DNA of 64,000 nucleotides from Polyangiales bacterium (GCA_038230375.1 JBBRNJ010000021.1:44936-108935); one strand, 5' to 3'. Positions 10,805 to 20,560 are shown, counted from the first letter of the stretch. The notes: generated from the sequence alone by a model not told the origin. Made by a program: numbers and translations.

Positions 10805-11142
10805 GCGCAGATCTGATCGCTGACGGGCAAGACACCAGTGCGGACTTCGCGACGGAAGAGAAGAAGCCGCGGGCGTCCGCAGGCGCCGATCTTGGCTTCG
10901 TCATGGATGTGCCGATCGAGTTGACGGTGGAAATCGGCCGTAAAACGATGCGCATCGCCGACGTCTTGACGCTGGGCCCCGGATCGATCCTCGAGCTCGA
11001 CAAGGCTTCGGGCGAACCGCTCGACATTCTCCTGAACAATCGCTGCGTCGCGCGAGGCGAAGCCGTGGTCATCGGGGATCGGTACGGAGTTCGCATCACC
11101 GAAGTATTCGCGATGGACGAGAAACGAGGAGGACTTCGATGA
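10801..11142 (+). CDS. fliN: Flagellar switch protein FliN
   Basis: MDVPIELTVEIGRK..LGPGSILELDK..GEAVVIGDRYGVRITE. Confidence 0.96.
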   Translation: MSADLIADGQDTSADFATEEKKPRASAGADLGFVMDVPIELTVEIGRKTMRIADVLTLGPGSILELDKASGEPLDILLNNRCVARGEAVVIGDRYGVRITEVFAMDEKRGGLR

Positions 11143-12050
11143 AACGCGCAGTATTGGTCCTGTTGCTTCTGCTCTGCCCGACGTTGGCGCTTGCCGCCCC
11201 CGCCGTGACCGGACCGGCTCCCGCGCCGAACGCGGTGGCCACGCCTGCGTGGATGGCGAAGAACCACGATGAACCGCCTGATCCTCCGCCTCCGCCTGCG
11301 GCCGCATCGCGACTGCGCGGCGTTCTTGCGGCGTTCATGGTGCTGTCGCTCATCGGCTTTGCCGTGTGGACGAAGACGAAGAAGAAGAACCTGGCCATCA
11401 AGAATCCCACCGCCTACGTCACGGTCTCGGACAGCGTGAAGGTGGGCGAGAAGGCGCACCTTGTCGTTGCCAGGATCGGAGACCGCACCGTGGTCCTTGG
11501 CGTGACGGAGCACGGCGTTCGTCGCCTGATGGACATCGAGGTGCCGAAGTCAGTGGCTCTTGCGGTGGCGCGCTCGTCGGGTCACATCAAGTCGGCCGCG
11601 AAGTTGAAGCCCGCGCCCAGCGCGACCACGAAGGCCTCAGGAACCATGCTGGCGGCAGCGAGCATCAAGTCGCGCTTCCAGTCGCTCCTGCAGCGCGCGA
11701 AGCACCCCGCCGCGCGTCTCCAGCTTGCAACGAACGACGACGCAGACGACACCGAGAGCTCCTTTGACGAGGAAGGCACGCACTGGACGGAGAAGCTGGA
11801 CGACGAGCTCCGTACCGCGCAGAACGAGGCCGCCGAGGCGCAGGACTCCGAGGCGCATCTGCAAGTCTCCCCGCCTGGAGCAGTGTCGGCCCCGATGCTG
11901 CCCGTCGCGAACGACACCTATGACGCCCGCGTACGGATGCGCCTCTCCGGCTCGTCCCCCGTGGAGCGCGAGTCGCGTCACACGATCGATCCCCTTGGTC
12001 TCGAGGAGCAGGTCAGTGGTCTTCTCACCGCCCGTGCGCGGCGGAGCTGA
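11139..12050 (+). CDS. fliO: FliO/FliZ family export-gate chaperone with long C-terminal extension
   Basis: Signal peptide, TM, then VGEKAHLVVARIGDRTVVLGVT typical of FliO; between fliN and fliP. Confidence 0.8.
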   Translation: MKRAVLVLLLLLCPTLALAAPAVTGPAPAPNAVATPAWMAKNHDEPPDPPPPPAAASRLRGVLAAFMVLSLIGFAVWTKTKKKNLAIKNPTAYVTVSDSVKVGEKAHLVVARIGDRTVVLGVTEHGVRRLMDIEVPKSVALAVARSSGHIKSAAKLKPAPSATTKASGTMLAAASIKSRFQSLLQRAKHPAARLQLATNDDADDTESSFDEEGTHWTEKLDDELRTAQNEAAEAQDSEAHLQVSPPGAVSAPMLPVANDTYDARVRMRLSGSSPVERESRHTIDPLGLEEQVSGLLTARARRS

Positions 12051-12053
12051 GTC

Positions 12054-12725
12054 ATGGACGGCTTCGACGCAGCCGTGAACATGGCCGGCGGCGGCGGGGG
12101 CACGGCGCCTCCGCTCCGCATCCTGTTCGTCCTTGGCATCCTGTCCCTCTTGCCGGCCATCGTGCTGTCGGCGACGAGCTTCGTTCGCACCGTGGTCGTC
12201 TTGTCGTTCGTCCGCCAGGGCATCGGCACGCAGCAGACCCCGCCCACGCAGGTCATCGTCGGGCTCGCGCTCTTCATGACGGCCTTCACCATGTCGCCCA
12301 TCGCGCAGGAGATCCAGACAAGCGCCCTTCAGCCGTACCAGCAGGGGCAAGTGACGGACATGCAGGCGATCAACCTGGCGTCGGAGCCGGTGAAGATGTT
12401 CATGCTCCGGCAGACGCGCGAAGCGGACCTCCAGATGTTCTTCGAGGCGTCAAACAAGCCCATTCCGCAGAAGGCGGAGGACGTGCCGCTCTCCATCGCC
12501 GCGCCGGCGTTCATCGTGAGTGAGCTCACCACGGCATTCCAGATGGGCGTGATGATCCTGCTGCCGTTCCTGGTCATCGACCTGGCGGTGGCCTCCATCC
12601 TGATGTCCATGGGCATGGTGTTCGTCTCACCCAACACGATCAGCCTTCCTCTGAAGTTGCTCCTGTTCGTTCTCGCGGATGGGTGGAACCTGGTTGTTGG
12701 CTCACTCATGCGGAGCTTCAGATGA
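12054..12725 (+). CDS. fliP: Flagellar export gate protein FliP
   Basis: TSFVRTVVVL, QQTPP, PAFIVSEL..AFQMG, LPFLVIDL, SLPLKLLLFVLADGW. Confidence 0.97.
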   Translation: MDGFDAAVNMAGGGGGTAPPLRILFVLGILSLLPAIVLSATSFVRTVVVLSFVRQGIGTQQTPPTQVIVGLALFMTAFTMSPIAQEIQTSALQPYQQGQVTDMQAINLASEPVKMFMLRQTREADLQMFFEASNKPIPQKAEDVPLSIAAPAFIVSELTTAFQMGVMILLPFLVIDLAVASILMSMGMVFVSPNTISLPLKLLLFVLADGWNLVVGSLMRSFR

Positions 12726-12991
12726 ATAGCGCTGCCGCAGTCGACCTCTTGCGCGCGGCGCTCCTGGTGACCGCGCACATTGCGGGGCCAGTCGTGCTCG
12801 CGACGCTTTGCATCGGTCTGCTCCTGGGCGTGTTCCAGACGGCCACGCAGGTCCAGGAGCAGAGCATCACCTTCGTGGGCAAGCTGCTCGCGGTGATCTG
12901 CGTGATCGTCGTCCTTGGCCCGGAAGCGCTCCAGGTCACCGTCGAGTACATGCGGTCGCAGTTCATGGGCATCGCGGGCGTCATCCGGTGA
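12722..12991 (+). CDS. fliQ: Flagellar export gate protein FliQ
   Basis: GLLLGVFQTATQVQEQSITFVGK; ATGA overlap with fliP. Confidence 0.95.
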   Translation: MNSAAAVDLLRAALLVTAHIAGPVVLATLCIGLLLGVFQTATQVQEQSITFVGKLLAVICVIVVLGPEALQVTVEYMRSQFMGIAGVIR

Positions 12992-13746
12992 GCTTCGACC
13001 CGTCCGTCGCCGTGCGCTTCGGCCTGGTGCTCGGACGCGTGGCCGGAATGATGGCTGTTGCGCCCATCGCATGGGAGGAGTCCCCCGCGAAGGCGCGCGC
13101 GGCGCTCGCGATCCTGTGTGCCGTCGTTGTCACCCCGTCGCTCGAGAACACGGAGCTGTCGCTGGAGTCCGGCATCACCGCGGCGCCGATGGAGATCTTG
13201 CTGGGCGTCGCCATGGGCATGGTCCCGCGCATGCTCATGAGCGTGTCTCACATGGTCGGCGATCTTCTGACGCCGCTCTTCGGTCTGAACGGGCAGCTTC
13301 TCTTCGGCGGACGCGCGGAGGCAGAGTCGTCGCTCGGCCGCCTCGTGCGCATGCTCGTGGCGGTGCTCGCGCTGGGCCTGGGCGTCCACCGCGTGATCCT
13401 TGCTTCCACGCTCCACAGCTTCGAGGTGCTTCCGCCTGGCTCTCCCATGAACGTGGGCCTGGCGGTGGGGCCGCTCGCGGAGGTCGCGCGGTCGGTGCTG
13501 GTGCTCGGCGTCCGCATGTCCATGCCCATCATCGCGGTCCACCTGGCCCTGCAGACCGCGCTCGCGTTCGTCTCGCGCGCGGCGCCCTCCATGCAGGTGT
13601 TCAGCGTGGGCTTTGCATTCCAGCTGGTCATGGGCTTCCTGACGCTGCTCGTCCTCCTCCCGGACGAGGCCATCGAGATCACCCGCACGCTCTCCGACAC
13701 GGGCCCCGCGATCGAGCACGTGCTCCTCGCCGTCATGGGGCGGTGA
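12988..13746 (+). CDS. fliR: Flagellar export gate protein FliR (GTG start)
   Basis: Hydrophobic; EILLGVAMG, FVSRAAPSMQVFSVGF; GTGA overlap with fliQ. Confidence 0.92.
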   Translation: MSFDPSVAVRFGLVLGRVAGMMAVAPIAWEESPAKARAALAILCAVVVTPSLENTELSLESGITAAPMEILLGVAMGMVPRMLMSVSHMVGDLLTPLFGLNGQLLFGGRAEAESSLGRLVRMLVAVLALGLGVHRVILASTLHSFEVLPPGSPMNVGLAVGPLAEVARSVLVLGVRMSMPIIAVHLALQTALAFVSRAAPSMQVFSVGFAFQLVMGFLTLLVLLPDEAIEITRTLSDTGPAIEHVLLAVMGR

Positions 13747-13753
13747 GCTCGCG

Positions 13754-14836
13754 ATGAGCGATCTTGGGGACAAGACAGAGGCAGCCACGCCAGAACGCCG
13801 GCGCAAGGCGCGCGAAGAGGGTCAGTTTGCGCGCTCGCGCGACGCCACGCAGGTCGCCGCCGGCAGCGCCGTGCTCTTCCTCATCTTCAGCGCGTTTCCA
13901 AGTGTGTTCGGGCAACTGAAGTCGTTCTGCGCGTCCTGCTTCTCCCTCAGGGACGACATGACCGCGGTCTCGCACCAGGCGCTGCTGTCGATCGTGTTGC
14001 TCGCCGTCGCACCAGCTGCGCTCGCGGCGGCCGCAGCCATCGCGGTGGGCTTTGCGCAAGCGGGGGCGCGACCGAACATCGATCTCATCATGCCGAAGAT
14101 GTCGCGCCTGTCGCCGTGGGCGCACCTTGCGCGCCTGGTGTCGCTGAAGGCGGCTGTGGTGGACACGTCGCTCACACTCGCGCGCGTCGCCATCGTGGGA
14201 ACCGTCACCTATTTGACGATCAAGGAGTCAATGCCGACCCTCGTGCTCCTGGTGCACACGCACCACGCGGTGGCCGCGGGGACGGCGATCGCGGTCGTGG
14301 CCGTGGTGGCGAAGAAATCCGCCATCGTCCTCTTCCTGCTCTCCATCGCGGACTACGCCAAGTCGCGGTGGGAGCTCGAGAAGAACCTCCGCATGTCGAA
14401 GCAAGAGGTGAAGGACGAGCACAAGCGAAACGAGGGCGACGGACGACTGAAGCACCGCATGATCGCGCGCGGCCGCGAGCGGATAAAGAAGGCCATTCGT
14501 ACGCAGGTGAAGACCGCAGACGTCATCATCACGAACCCGACGCACGTCTCGGTCGCGCTGCGCTACCGCTCCGGCGAGGGCGCCCCGATCGTGGTCGCGA
14601 AGGGCTATGACGAGGTCGCGCTGTTCATCCGGAAGTGTGCGCGAGAGGCGAGCGTGCCCATCGTGGAGGCCCCGCCGCTCGCGCGTTCGCTCGCGAGGCG
14701 TGTGAAGGTGGGCCGCTTCGTTCCGCGCGAATTCTGGAGCCCCGTGGCAGAGGTCCTGGCGTTCGTCTACCGCATCCGCAAGGGCGTGGCCGCCCAGCCG
14801 ACACCGGCACGTAGTTCGCATCCACCTGTGACGTGA
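13754..14836 (+). CDS. flhB: Flagellar export protein FlhB
   Basis: DKTEAATPERRRKAREEGQ, MSKQEVKDEHKRNEGD, intact NPTH autocleavage motif, VAEVLAFVY. Confidence 0.97.
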   Translation: MSDLGDKTEAATPERRRKAREEGQFARSRDATQVAAGSAVLFLIFSAFPSVFGQLKSFCASCFSLRDDMTAVSHQALLSIVLLAVAPAALAAAAAIAVGFAQAGARPNIDLIMPKMSRLSPWAHLARLVSLKAAVVDTSLTLARVAIVGTVTYLTIKESMPTLVLLVHTHHAVAAGTAIAVVAVVAKKSAIVLFLLSIADYAKSRWELEKNLRMSKQEVKDEHKRNEGDGRLKHRMIARGRERIKKAIRTQVKTADVIITNPTHVSVALRYRSGEGAPIVVAKGYDEVALFIRKCAREASVPIVEAPPLARSLARRVKVGRFVPREFWSPVAEVLAFVYRIRKGVAAQPTPARSSHPPVT

Positions 14837-16896
14837 GTCGCAAGAATTCGCCGACGGGCCCGGGCACCTACGCTGTCCCCTTTGGTCTCGTCAGCGTCGT
14901 GCTCATGATGGTGGTGCCGGTGCCGCCGTGGCTCCTGGACGGCCTGCTGGCATTCAGCCTGGCGATTGCGGTCGGTGTGTTCCTGATCGCGCTCTTCATC
15001 GAGCAGCCGCTCGACTACAGCGTGTTCCCCGCGATCGTCCTGGTCGCCACCCTGCTCCGCCTTTCGCTCAACGTGGCCAGCACGCGGCTCATCCTGCTGC
15101 ATGGCGCGGAAGGGCAGCGCGGCGCTGGTCGCGTCATCGAGACGTTCGGCAAGTTCGTGGTTGGCGGAGACGTCATCGTTGGTCTTGTCGTCTTCTTGAT
15201 CCTGGTCATCATCAACTTCGTCGTCATCACGAAGGGCGCGGGGCGCGTGGCCGAGGTCGCTGCGCGCTTCACGTTGGACGCGATGCCCGGCAAGCAGATG
15301 GCGATCGACGCCGATCTCAACGGCGGCCTCATCACGCCGGATATCGCGCGCGACCGTCGCCGCACGGTGGAGCGCGAGGCCGACTTCTTCGGCGCGATGG
15401 ACGGCGCCAGCAAGTTCGTGCACGGAGACGCCGTTGCCGGCCTGATCATCACGGCCATCAACCTGGTCGGCGGCCTGGTCCGCGGGCTCATGTCCGGCAT
15501 GGACGTGAGCCAGGCCATGGAGACCTTCTCCATCCTGTCCGTTGGCGACGCGCTCGTCGCGCAGATCCCGTCGCTCCTGATCTCGACCGCGTCCGGCATC
15601 GTCGTCACACGCGGCGCCACGGGTGAGGAGCTCGGCTCCGCGCTGCGCACGCAGATCTTCTCCAGCAAGCGCGCGATCTTCATGACGGGCGGTGTGCTCG
15701 GCGCGATGGCGTTGATCCCGGGAATGCCCGCGTTCCCGTTCCTCCTGATCGGCGGAAGCCTGTTCGCGTTCGCGTGGAACCGTCCGAACGACGGCGAAGA
15801 GACGCCCGTGCCTGGTCAGAAGACCGAAGGCGGGGATGCCGGCGCCGAGAAGCGCGAGGACATCGAGGCGACGCTGGGCCTGGACGCGCTGTCGCTCGAG
15901 CTCGGCTACGAGCTCATCCCCGCGGTGGAGGCGGGCATGGGCGGCACGTTGCTCGAGCGCATCGCGGGCCTCAGGCGTCAGTTCGCCGTCGACATGGGCG
16001 TCATTGTTCCCCCCGTTCGCATCCGCGACAACCTGGCGCTGCTGCCCAGCGAGTACCGCATCTCCATCCTGGGCACGGAGGTCGCGCGCGGTGATCTGCG
16101 TCAGGGCCGCCTCATCGCGATGGGCGAGCCGCAGGGCGACGTGGAGGTCCCCGGCGACGCAACGAAGGACCCCGTCTTCGGCGAAATCGCCCGCTGGATC
16201 GCGCCCAAGGACAAGGATCTCGCGGAGGCGTTCGGTTGCACCGTTGTCGATCACGCGACGGTCCTGGCCACGCACATCTCGGAGATCGTTCGTCGCAACG
16301 GCTCGGAGCTCCTGGGTCGCGCGGAGCTCGCGCACCTGTTCGAGGTCTTCTCCAAGGACAACCCGAAGCTCGTCGACGACCTGGTCCCGTCCTTGCTGAC
16401 ACTCTCCGATGTGCAGAAGGTCCTCCGCAACTTGCTCCGTGAAGGCGTGTCGATCCGGAACCTCCGGACGATCCTGGAAGGCCTCACCGACACGGCGCCA
16501 CAGACCAAGGACACCGAGCAGCTCACCGAGATCGTCCGTCAGCGGCTTGCGCGTCAGATCACCTCGCAGCACAAGGGCGCGAACGGCGAGCTGCCTGCCA
16601 TCGTGCTGGACGCGCCGGTCGAGGACATGTTCCGGCGTTCGCTGCGCGAGCTCACCCAGGGCGGCGCGGGTGGTCTGGATCCGGCGGAGCTCCGTCGCGT
16701 GTCCAACTCGCTCGAGGAGGCGCTCGCGCGTCTCTCGAAGCGCGGCCAGCGTGCGCCCATCGTGACGGGCCCCGACCTGCGCCGCTACGTGCGCGCGTTC
16801 GTGGAGCGCCGGAACGCGACGTGCGCGGTCATCTCTTACCGAGAGGTCGATCCGCTGACCCGCATCGTGCCCACCGAGACCATCCGAGCCAGCTGA
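14833..16896 (+). CDS. flhA: Flagellar export protein FlhA
   Basis: RLSLNVASTR, RVAEVAARFTLDAMPGKQMAIDADL, FFGAMDGASKFV, VSIRNL. Confidence 0.98.
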   Translation: MSRKNSPTGPGTYAVPFGLVSVVLMMVVPVPPWLLDGLLAFSLAIAVGVFLIALFIEQPLDYSVFPAIVLVATLLRLSLNVASTRLILLHGAEGQRGAGRVIETFGKFVVGGDVIVGLVVFLILVIINFVVITKGAGRVAEVAARFTLDAMPGKQMAIDADLNGGLITPDIARDRRRTVEREADFFGAMDGASKFVHGDAVAGLIITAINLVGGLVRGLMSGMDVSQAMETFSILSVGDALVAQIPSLLISTASGIVVTRGATGEELGSALRTQIFSSKRAIFMTGGVLGAMALIPGMPAFPFLLIGGSLFAFAWNRPNDGEETPVPGQKTEGGDAGAEKREDIEATLGLDALSLELGYELIPAVEAGMGGTLLERIAGLRRQFAVDMGVIVPPVRIRDNLALLPSEYRISILGTEVARGDLRQGRLIAMGEPQGDVEVPGDATKDPVFGEIARWIAPKDKDLAEAFGCTVVDHATVLATHISEIVRRNGSELLGRAELAHLFEVFSKDNPKLVDDLVPSLLTLSDVQKVLRNLLREGVSIRNLRTILEGLTDTAPQTKDTEQLTEIVRQRLARQITSQHKGANGELPAIVLDAPVEDMFRRSLRELTQGGAGGLDPAELRRVSNSLEEALARLSKRGQRAPIVTGPDLRRYVRAFVERRNATCAVISYREVDPLTRIVPTETIRAS

Positions 16897-16907
16897 GGAG
16901 ATAGTCG

Positions 16908-18248
16908 ATGCACTACGAGACATTCAGAGGCCGTGATGTGAAGGAAGCGCTGTCCCTGGTGCGCGCCGCATTCGGTACAGATGCGATCATCAGCTCGACG
17001 CGGGTCGTGACGAACGGACGTGATGGTGGGCTCGAGCAGTCGTTCGTGGAGGTGAAGGCCGCTCCGTCCGATGCACCGCCGCAGCTGCGCGGCGCCGAGT
17101 CCCAGCGTGCATTCCCGTTCGCGCGTCGCGAGGCGGAGCGTGCGAAGGCAGCGGCCGCAGCAGCGGCATCCGCGGCCGCGTCGCGTCCCAGCGGGAGCTC
17201 ACAGGTCGCGCGTCCGAGCGTTCCTTCGCCGATCGCGGTGCTCCTCCAGAAGTCCGGGTCCGTGCCGCCGCCGCGCATCGACATCCGCGGCGCGGAGCCC
17301 GACATCGCGGCCGAGATCGCGCGCGCGGAGATCTTGCGCGCAGACAAGGCTCGTGCGGAGAGCGCGCGTGCGCAGACGGCGCGTGCGGATGCGGCGCGTG
17401 CGGACGCGATGGAGTCCGAGGTGCGCGCGCTCCGTCAGCTGGTGGAGCAGATGGTCGGCCAGCGGGCGCCGAAGGAGCGCATCCTCAGCGAGCTCTCGGA
17501 CGTGGGCATCGAAGGCAAGCTCGCGGGCGAGCTGTCGACCGGCGTCGCGAAGGCAATGAAGGACTCCTCGGTGTCCATCGAAGAGCTCCTTCGTACGCGG
17601 TTGGAGAAACGTGTAGGTTGCACGGAGATCACGTTCCGGGAGGGTCAGAAGCGGCTCATCGCGTGCGTGGGTCCCACCGGCGTGGGCAAGACGACGACGC
17701 TCGCGAAGCTGGCAGCACACTCGGCGCTCGAGAAGGGGCTGCCAACGGCCATCATCACGCTGGATACGTTTCGCGTTGGTGCGATTGAGCAGATGAAGCG
17801 CTTCGCTTCGCTCATCGATGTGCCGTTCTTCGTTGCACACGATGAAGCGAGCCTGCTCAACGCACTCCGCTCCTGCCCGGACATCGTCCTGGTCGACACG
17901 CCGAGCCGCGGCCCGAAGGACGAGGCAGCCATGAGTCGCCTCTGCCTGTGCCTGGACTCCGTCGCGGGCGACTACGAACGCGACGTGCTGCTCGCGATCC
18001 CCGCGCACATGCGCGCGTCGGACACGCAGGACCTGGTGCGTTCGTACGGTCGCGTGAGCCCCACCGCGTGCGTGCTCACGAAGCTGGATGAGACGCGTCG
18101 CCCTGGCGGTGCGGTCTCGGGCGCCATCGCCGCGCACCTCGACATCGCGTTTCTCTCGAACGGTCCGAAGGTCCCCGAGGACCTCCTCAGAGCAACACCC
18201 AACGACGTCGCACTTGCCGTGCTGCCGAAGATCGAGCCCCACCGATGA
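16908..18248 (+). CDS. flhF: SRP-family GTPase FlhF
   Basis: N-terminal FRGRDVKEAL..FGTDAII, GPTGVGKTTTLAKLA, DTFRVGA, TKLDE, VPEDL. Confidence 0.93.
   Translation: MHYETFRGRDVKEALSLVRAAFGTDAIISSTRVVTNGRDGGLEQSFVEVKAAPSDAPPQLRGAESQRAFPFARREAERAKAAAAAAASAAASRPSGSSQVARPSVPSPIAVLLQKSGSVPPPRIDIRGAEPDIAAEIARAEILRADKARAESARAQTARADAARADAMESEVRALRQLVEQMVGQRAPKERILSELSDVGIEGKLAGELSTGVAKAMKDSSVSIEELLRTRLEKRVGCTEITFREGQKRLIACVGPTGVGKTTTLAKLAAHSALEKGLPTAIITLDTFRVGAIEQMKRFASLIDVPFFVAHDEASLLNALRSCPDIVLVDTPSRGPKDEAAMSRLCLCLDSVAGDYERDVLLAIPAHMRASDTQDLVRSYGRVSPTACVLTKLDETRRPGGAVSGAIAAHLDIAFLSNGPKVPEDLLRATPNDVALAVLPKIEPHR
17349..17408 (+). repeat. Four imperfect 15-bp tandem repeats (ARAxx) in the FlhF linker
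   Basis: GCTCGTGCGGAGAGC / GCGCGTGCGCAGACG / GCGCGTGCGGATGCG / GCGCGTGCGGACGCG. Confidence 0.6.
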
Positions 18249-18976
18249 GCGCTACTCCCCTCAAGAAGGACATGACTCGCGCCGACTACGAGCGGTATTT
18301 GCCGCTCGTCCGTCGTATCGCGATGAAGCTCGTGCGGCGCATGCCGCGTGAGGTGTCCATAGACGATCTGATCGGCGCCGGATGGCTCGGGCTGGTGGAG
18401 GCGCTGCGTCGCCGCACGATCGAGATGAACGAAGAGGAGTTCACTGCCTATGCGTCGCATCGCGTTCGCGGTGCGATCCTGGACCATCTGCGCGCGCTCG
18501 ATCCCATGTCGCGCAAGATGCGCGGCGCGTCCCGCAAGATCGCGGAGAGCATCAAGGTGCTCGCAGTGCGTCTCGGGCGACCGCCCGAGGAAGGCGAGAT
18601 CGCCGCGGAGATGGGGCTGCCGCTGGACGAGTATCAGGAGCTCCTCTCCGACGTGTCACGCGCGGACTGCGCACGCATCGACATCACCGAGGTCAACGCT
18701 CCCGACGCGGGCGAGGGGCCGGAGCTCTTCTTCGGGCGTCGTGAGGTGGTCGATCGCATCGCGAGCGCGGTCGACGCGCTGCCGGAGCGTCTGCGTCTGG
18801 TGCTGGGTCTGCACTACCAGGAGGATGCGAGCCTGCGAGAGATCGGCGAGGTGCTCGGCGTGACGGAGTCGCGCGCGTGCCAGCTCCATTCGGAGGCGAT
18901 TCACCGCATCCGCGCGCAGATGGCGACGGAAGACGAGAGCAAGGTCTCCGTGCAACGGATACGAGGTAGCAAATGA
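18245..18976 (+). CDS. fliA: Flagellar sigma factor FliA (sigma28)
   Basis: YLPLVRRIA, DDLIGAG, YASHRVRGAILDHLR, LREIGEVLGVTESRACQLHS. Confidence 0.95.
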   Translation: MSATPLKKDMTRADYERYLPLVRRIAMKLVRRMPREVSIDDLIGAGWLGLVEALRRRTIEMNEEEFTAYASHRVRGAILDHLRALDPMSRKMRGASRKIAESIKVLAVRLGRPPEEGEIAAEMGLPLDEYQELLSDVSRADCARIDITEVNAPDAGEGPELFFGRREVVDRIASAVDALPERLRLVLGLHYQEDASLREIGEVLGVTESRACQLHSEAIHRIRAQMATEDESKVSVQRIRGSK

Positions 18977-19695
18977 GCGATGGCATCTGGTCCGCCGCGT
19001 CCGGCGCGATGAATCAGCTTGCGATGCTGGATACGTGCGCGAACAACGTCGCGAACGCGAGCACGCCTGGCTACAAGACGGAGCAGATCGTCTTCAAGGA
19101 AGTGATGGCGGGCGCCGCGCAGCGCAAGGACGTGCGCCTGTCGCAGATCGCGCAGACCTCCTCGGATATCACCGCGGCTGGCTCCATGGCGACGGGCCGC
19201 GGCCTGGACGTGGCGTTCACGGGTGAAGGCTTCTTCAAGGTGAAGGTCGGCGACGGCGAGCAGTACACGCGCGTTGGCTCCTTCGAGGTCTCGAAGGAAG
19301 GACACCTGGTCGACAAGAGCGGCGCGGACATGCTGGATCGCGGCGGCGCGCCCATCCTGGTCGCGCGTGAGGCGAAGGCCGTGGAGATCGCCGCCGATGG
19401 CAGCGTGACCGCGGACGGCAACAAGGTGGGGCAGCTCGGCGTGGTGACGTTCGACAAGGGCAGCATGCTCGAGCGCGCGGAGGGGCAGCGTTACCGGGCG
19501 AATGCGAGCACGGGCACTGCGCGTGAGATCGACGCCAAGCTCTCGACGGGCGCGCTGGAGCAATCCAACGCGTCACCGGTGCGGAGCATGGTGGACATCG
19601 TCTCGGCGGTGCGTGGCTTCGAGGTCTGCGAGAAGGCCGTCGAGGCCTTCCGCGATGCGGACATGCGCGCGGCCCAGGCCATCATGAAAAGCTGA
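18973..19695 (+). CDS. flgF: Flagellar basal-body rod protein FlgF
   Basis: ANNVANASTPGYK, TGRGLDVA..GEGFF, YTRVG, LEQSN; follows fliA as in deltaproteobacterial clusters. Confidence 0.88.
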   Translation: MSDGIWSAASGAMNQLAMLDTCANNVANASTPGYKTEQIVFKEVMAGAAQRKDVRLSQIAQTSSDITAAGSMATGRGLDVAFTGEGFFKVKVGDGEQYTRVGSFEVSKEGHLVDKSGADMLDRGGAPILVAREAKAVEIAADGSVTADGNKVGQLGVVTFDKGSMLERAEGQRYRANASTGTAREIDAKLSTGALEQSNASPVRSMVDIVSAVRGFEVCEKAVEAFRDADMRAAQAIMKS

Positions 19696-19701
19696 GGTCG
19701 A

Positions 19702-20499
19702 TCACGGGAGGGCGTAGACGGTCTGGATCTCGGCGTCGGTCAGCGCGTGATCGTAGATCCGGAGGGAGTCGACTGCGCCCTTGTAGTGATTGCGGAACCC
19801 GTTCACGTCGTTCTGGGTGGTCTCGGCCCCGACGAAGAGCTGACCCGCGCCCGTGTTGAGCTTCGTTCCGACGGTGACGCTCTTGACCGCGGTATTCGTC
19901 CAGATCTTCAAGGACGTCGGCGGCGTGAACACCACGGCGACGAACGTCCACGTTCCAGTGGAAAACGTCATCCCCGACTTCGCGTCGTTGCACCCGCTCC
20001 AGAAGCTGGTGGAGCCCTGGTAGCCAAGGGCGAATTCCCCTCCCGTGCAGTCGCCGGTACCAAACTGCACGATGCTCCACTGCGCGTGCTGATCAGCCAT
20101 GTTGATCCACATGGTCATGGTGCGTTCCACCGTACCGACGGGCAGCCCGGCGTTCGGCGCGACCATGTAGTTCTTGTTGCCGTCGAAGAAGTACGCGGCG
20201 TTCGCGGTGCCGAATCGATCAGCGACGAGCGTGGCGCCGCTGTTCGTGAGATCGTGCGCGTTGCCGCTGTGGTCCTTCGTGTCGCCGTCGAACGGGTAAT
20301 AGAAGAGGAGGCCGGTCGGTGGAGTGGGCGACACCGCGTCAATCGGAGGCGCACTGTCGATCGCTGACGTTGGCGCAGCGTCGCGGGTCGGAGCTGTCGC
20401 GTCGCCGTCGACATCCACGCCTGTGCCTTCGGTGGAGAGGCCGCACGCCGCGATCCAGGTCACTGCGATCACGGTCGCCGCCACGCAGAACCGGTTCAT
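19702..20499 (-). CDS. LamG/concanavalin-like jelly-roll lipoprotein
   Basis: Lipobox IAAC; YYPFDG..D.SGN, DRFG..AYFFDG, W..VAV, GAVDSLRIYDHALT. Confidence 0.85.
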   Translation of the reverse strand: MNRFCVAATVIAVTWIAACGLSTEGTGVDVDGDATAPTRDAAPTSAIDSAPPIDAVSPTPPTGLLFYYPFDGDTKDHSGNAHDLTNSGATLVADRFGTANAAYFFDGNKNYMVAPNAGLPVGTVERTMTMWINMADQHAQWSIVQFGTGDCTGGEFALGYQGSTSFWSGCNDAKSGMTFSTGTWTFVAVVFTPPTSLKIWTNTAVKSVTVGTKLNTGAGQLFVGAETTQNDVNGFRNHYKGAVDSLRIYDHALTDAEIQTVYALP

Positions 20500-20560
20500 G
20501 TGGAGCGTCTGGCGCATGAACTCCGCATGGAAAGAGGATAGCCTTGTGTGGTGAAGGTAG

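Noticed and set aside
4963..16923. Long minus-strand ORFs such as 4963..7314 (783 aa) and 14767..16923 (718 aa)
   Set aside because: Antisense shadows of fliI and flhA, typical of high-GC DNA; no motifs.
976..19695. Interpretation as a non-flagellar injectisome T3SS
   Set aside because: Rod, hook, hook-cap, FliL, FlhF and FliA genes are flagellum-specific; no secretin or needle gene was seen.
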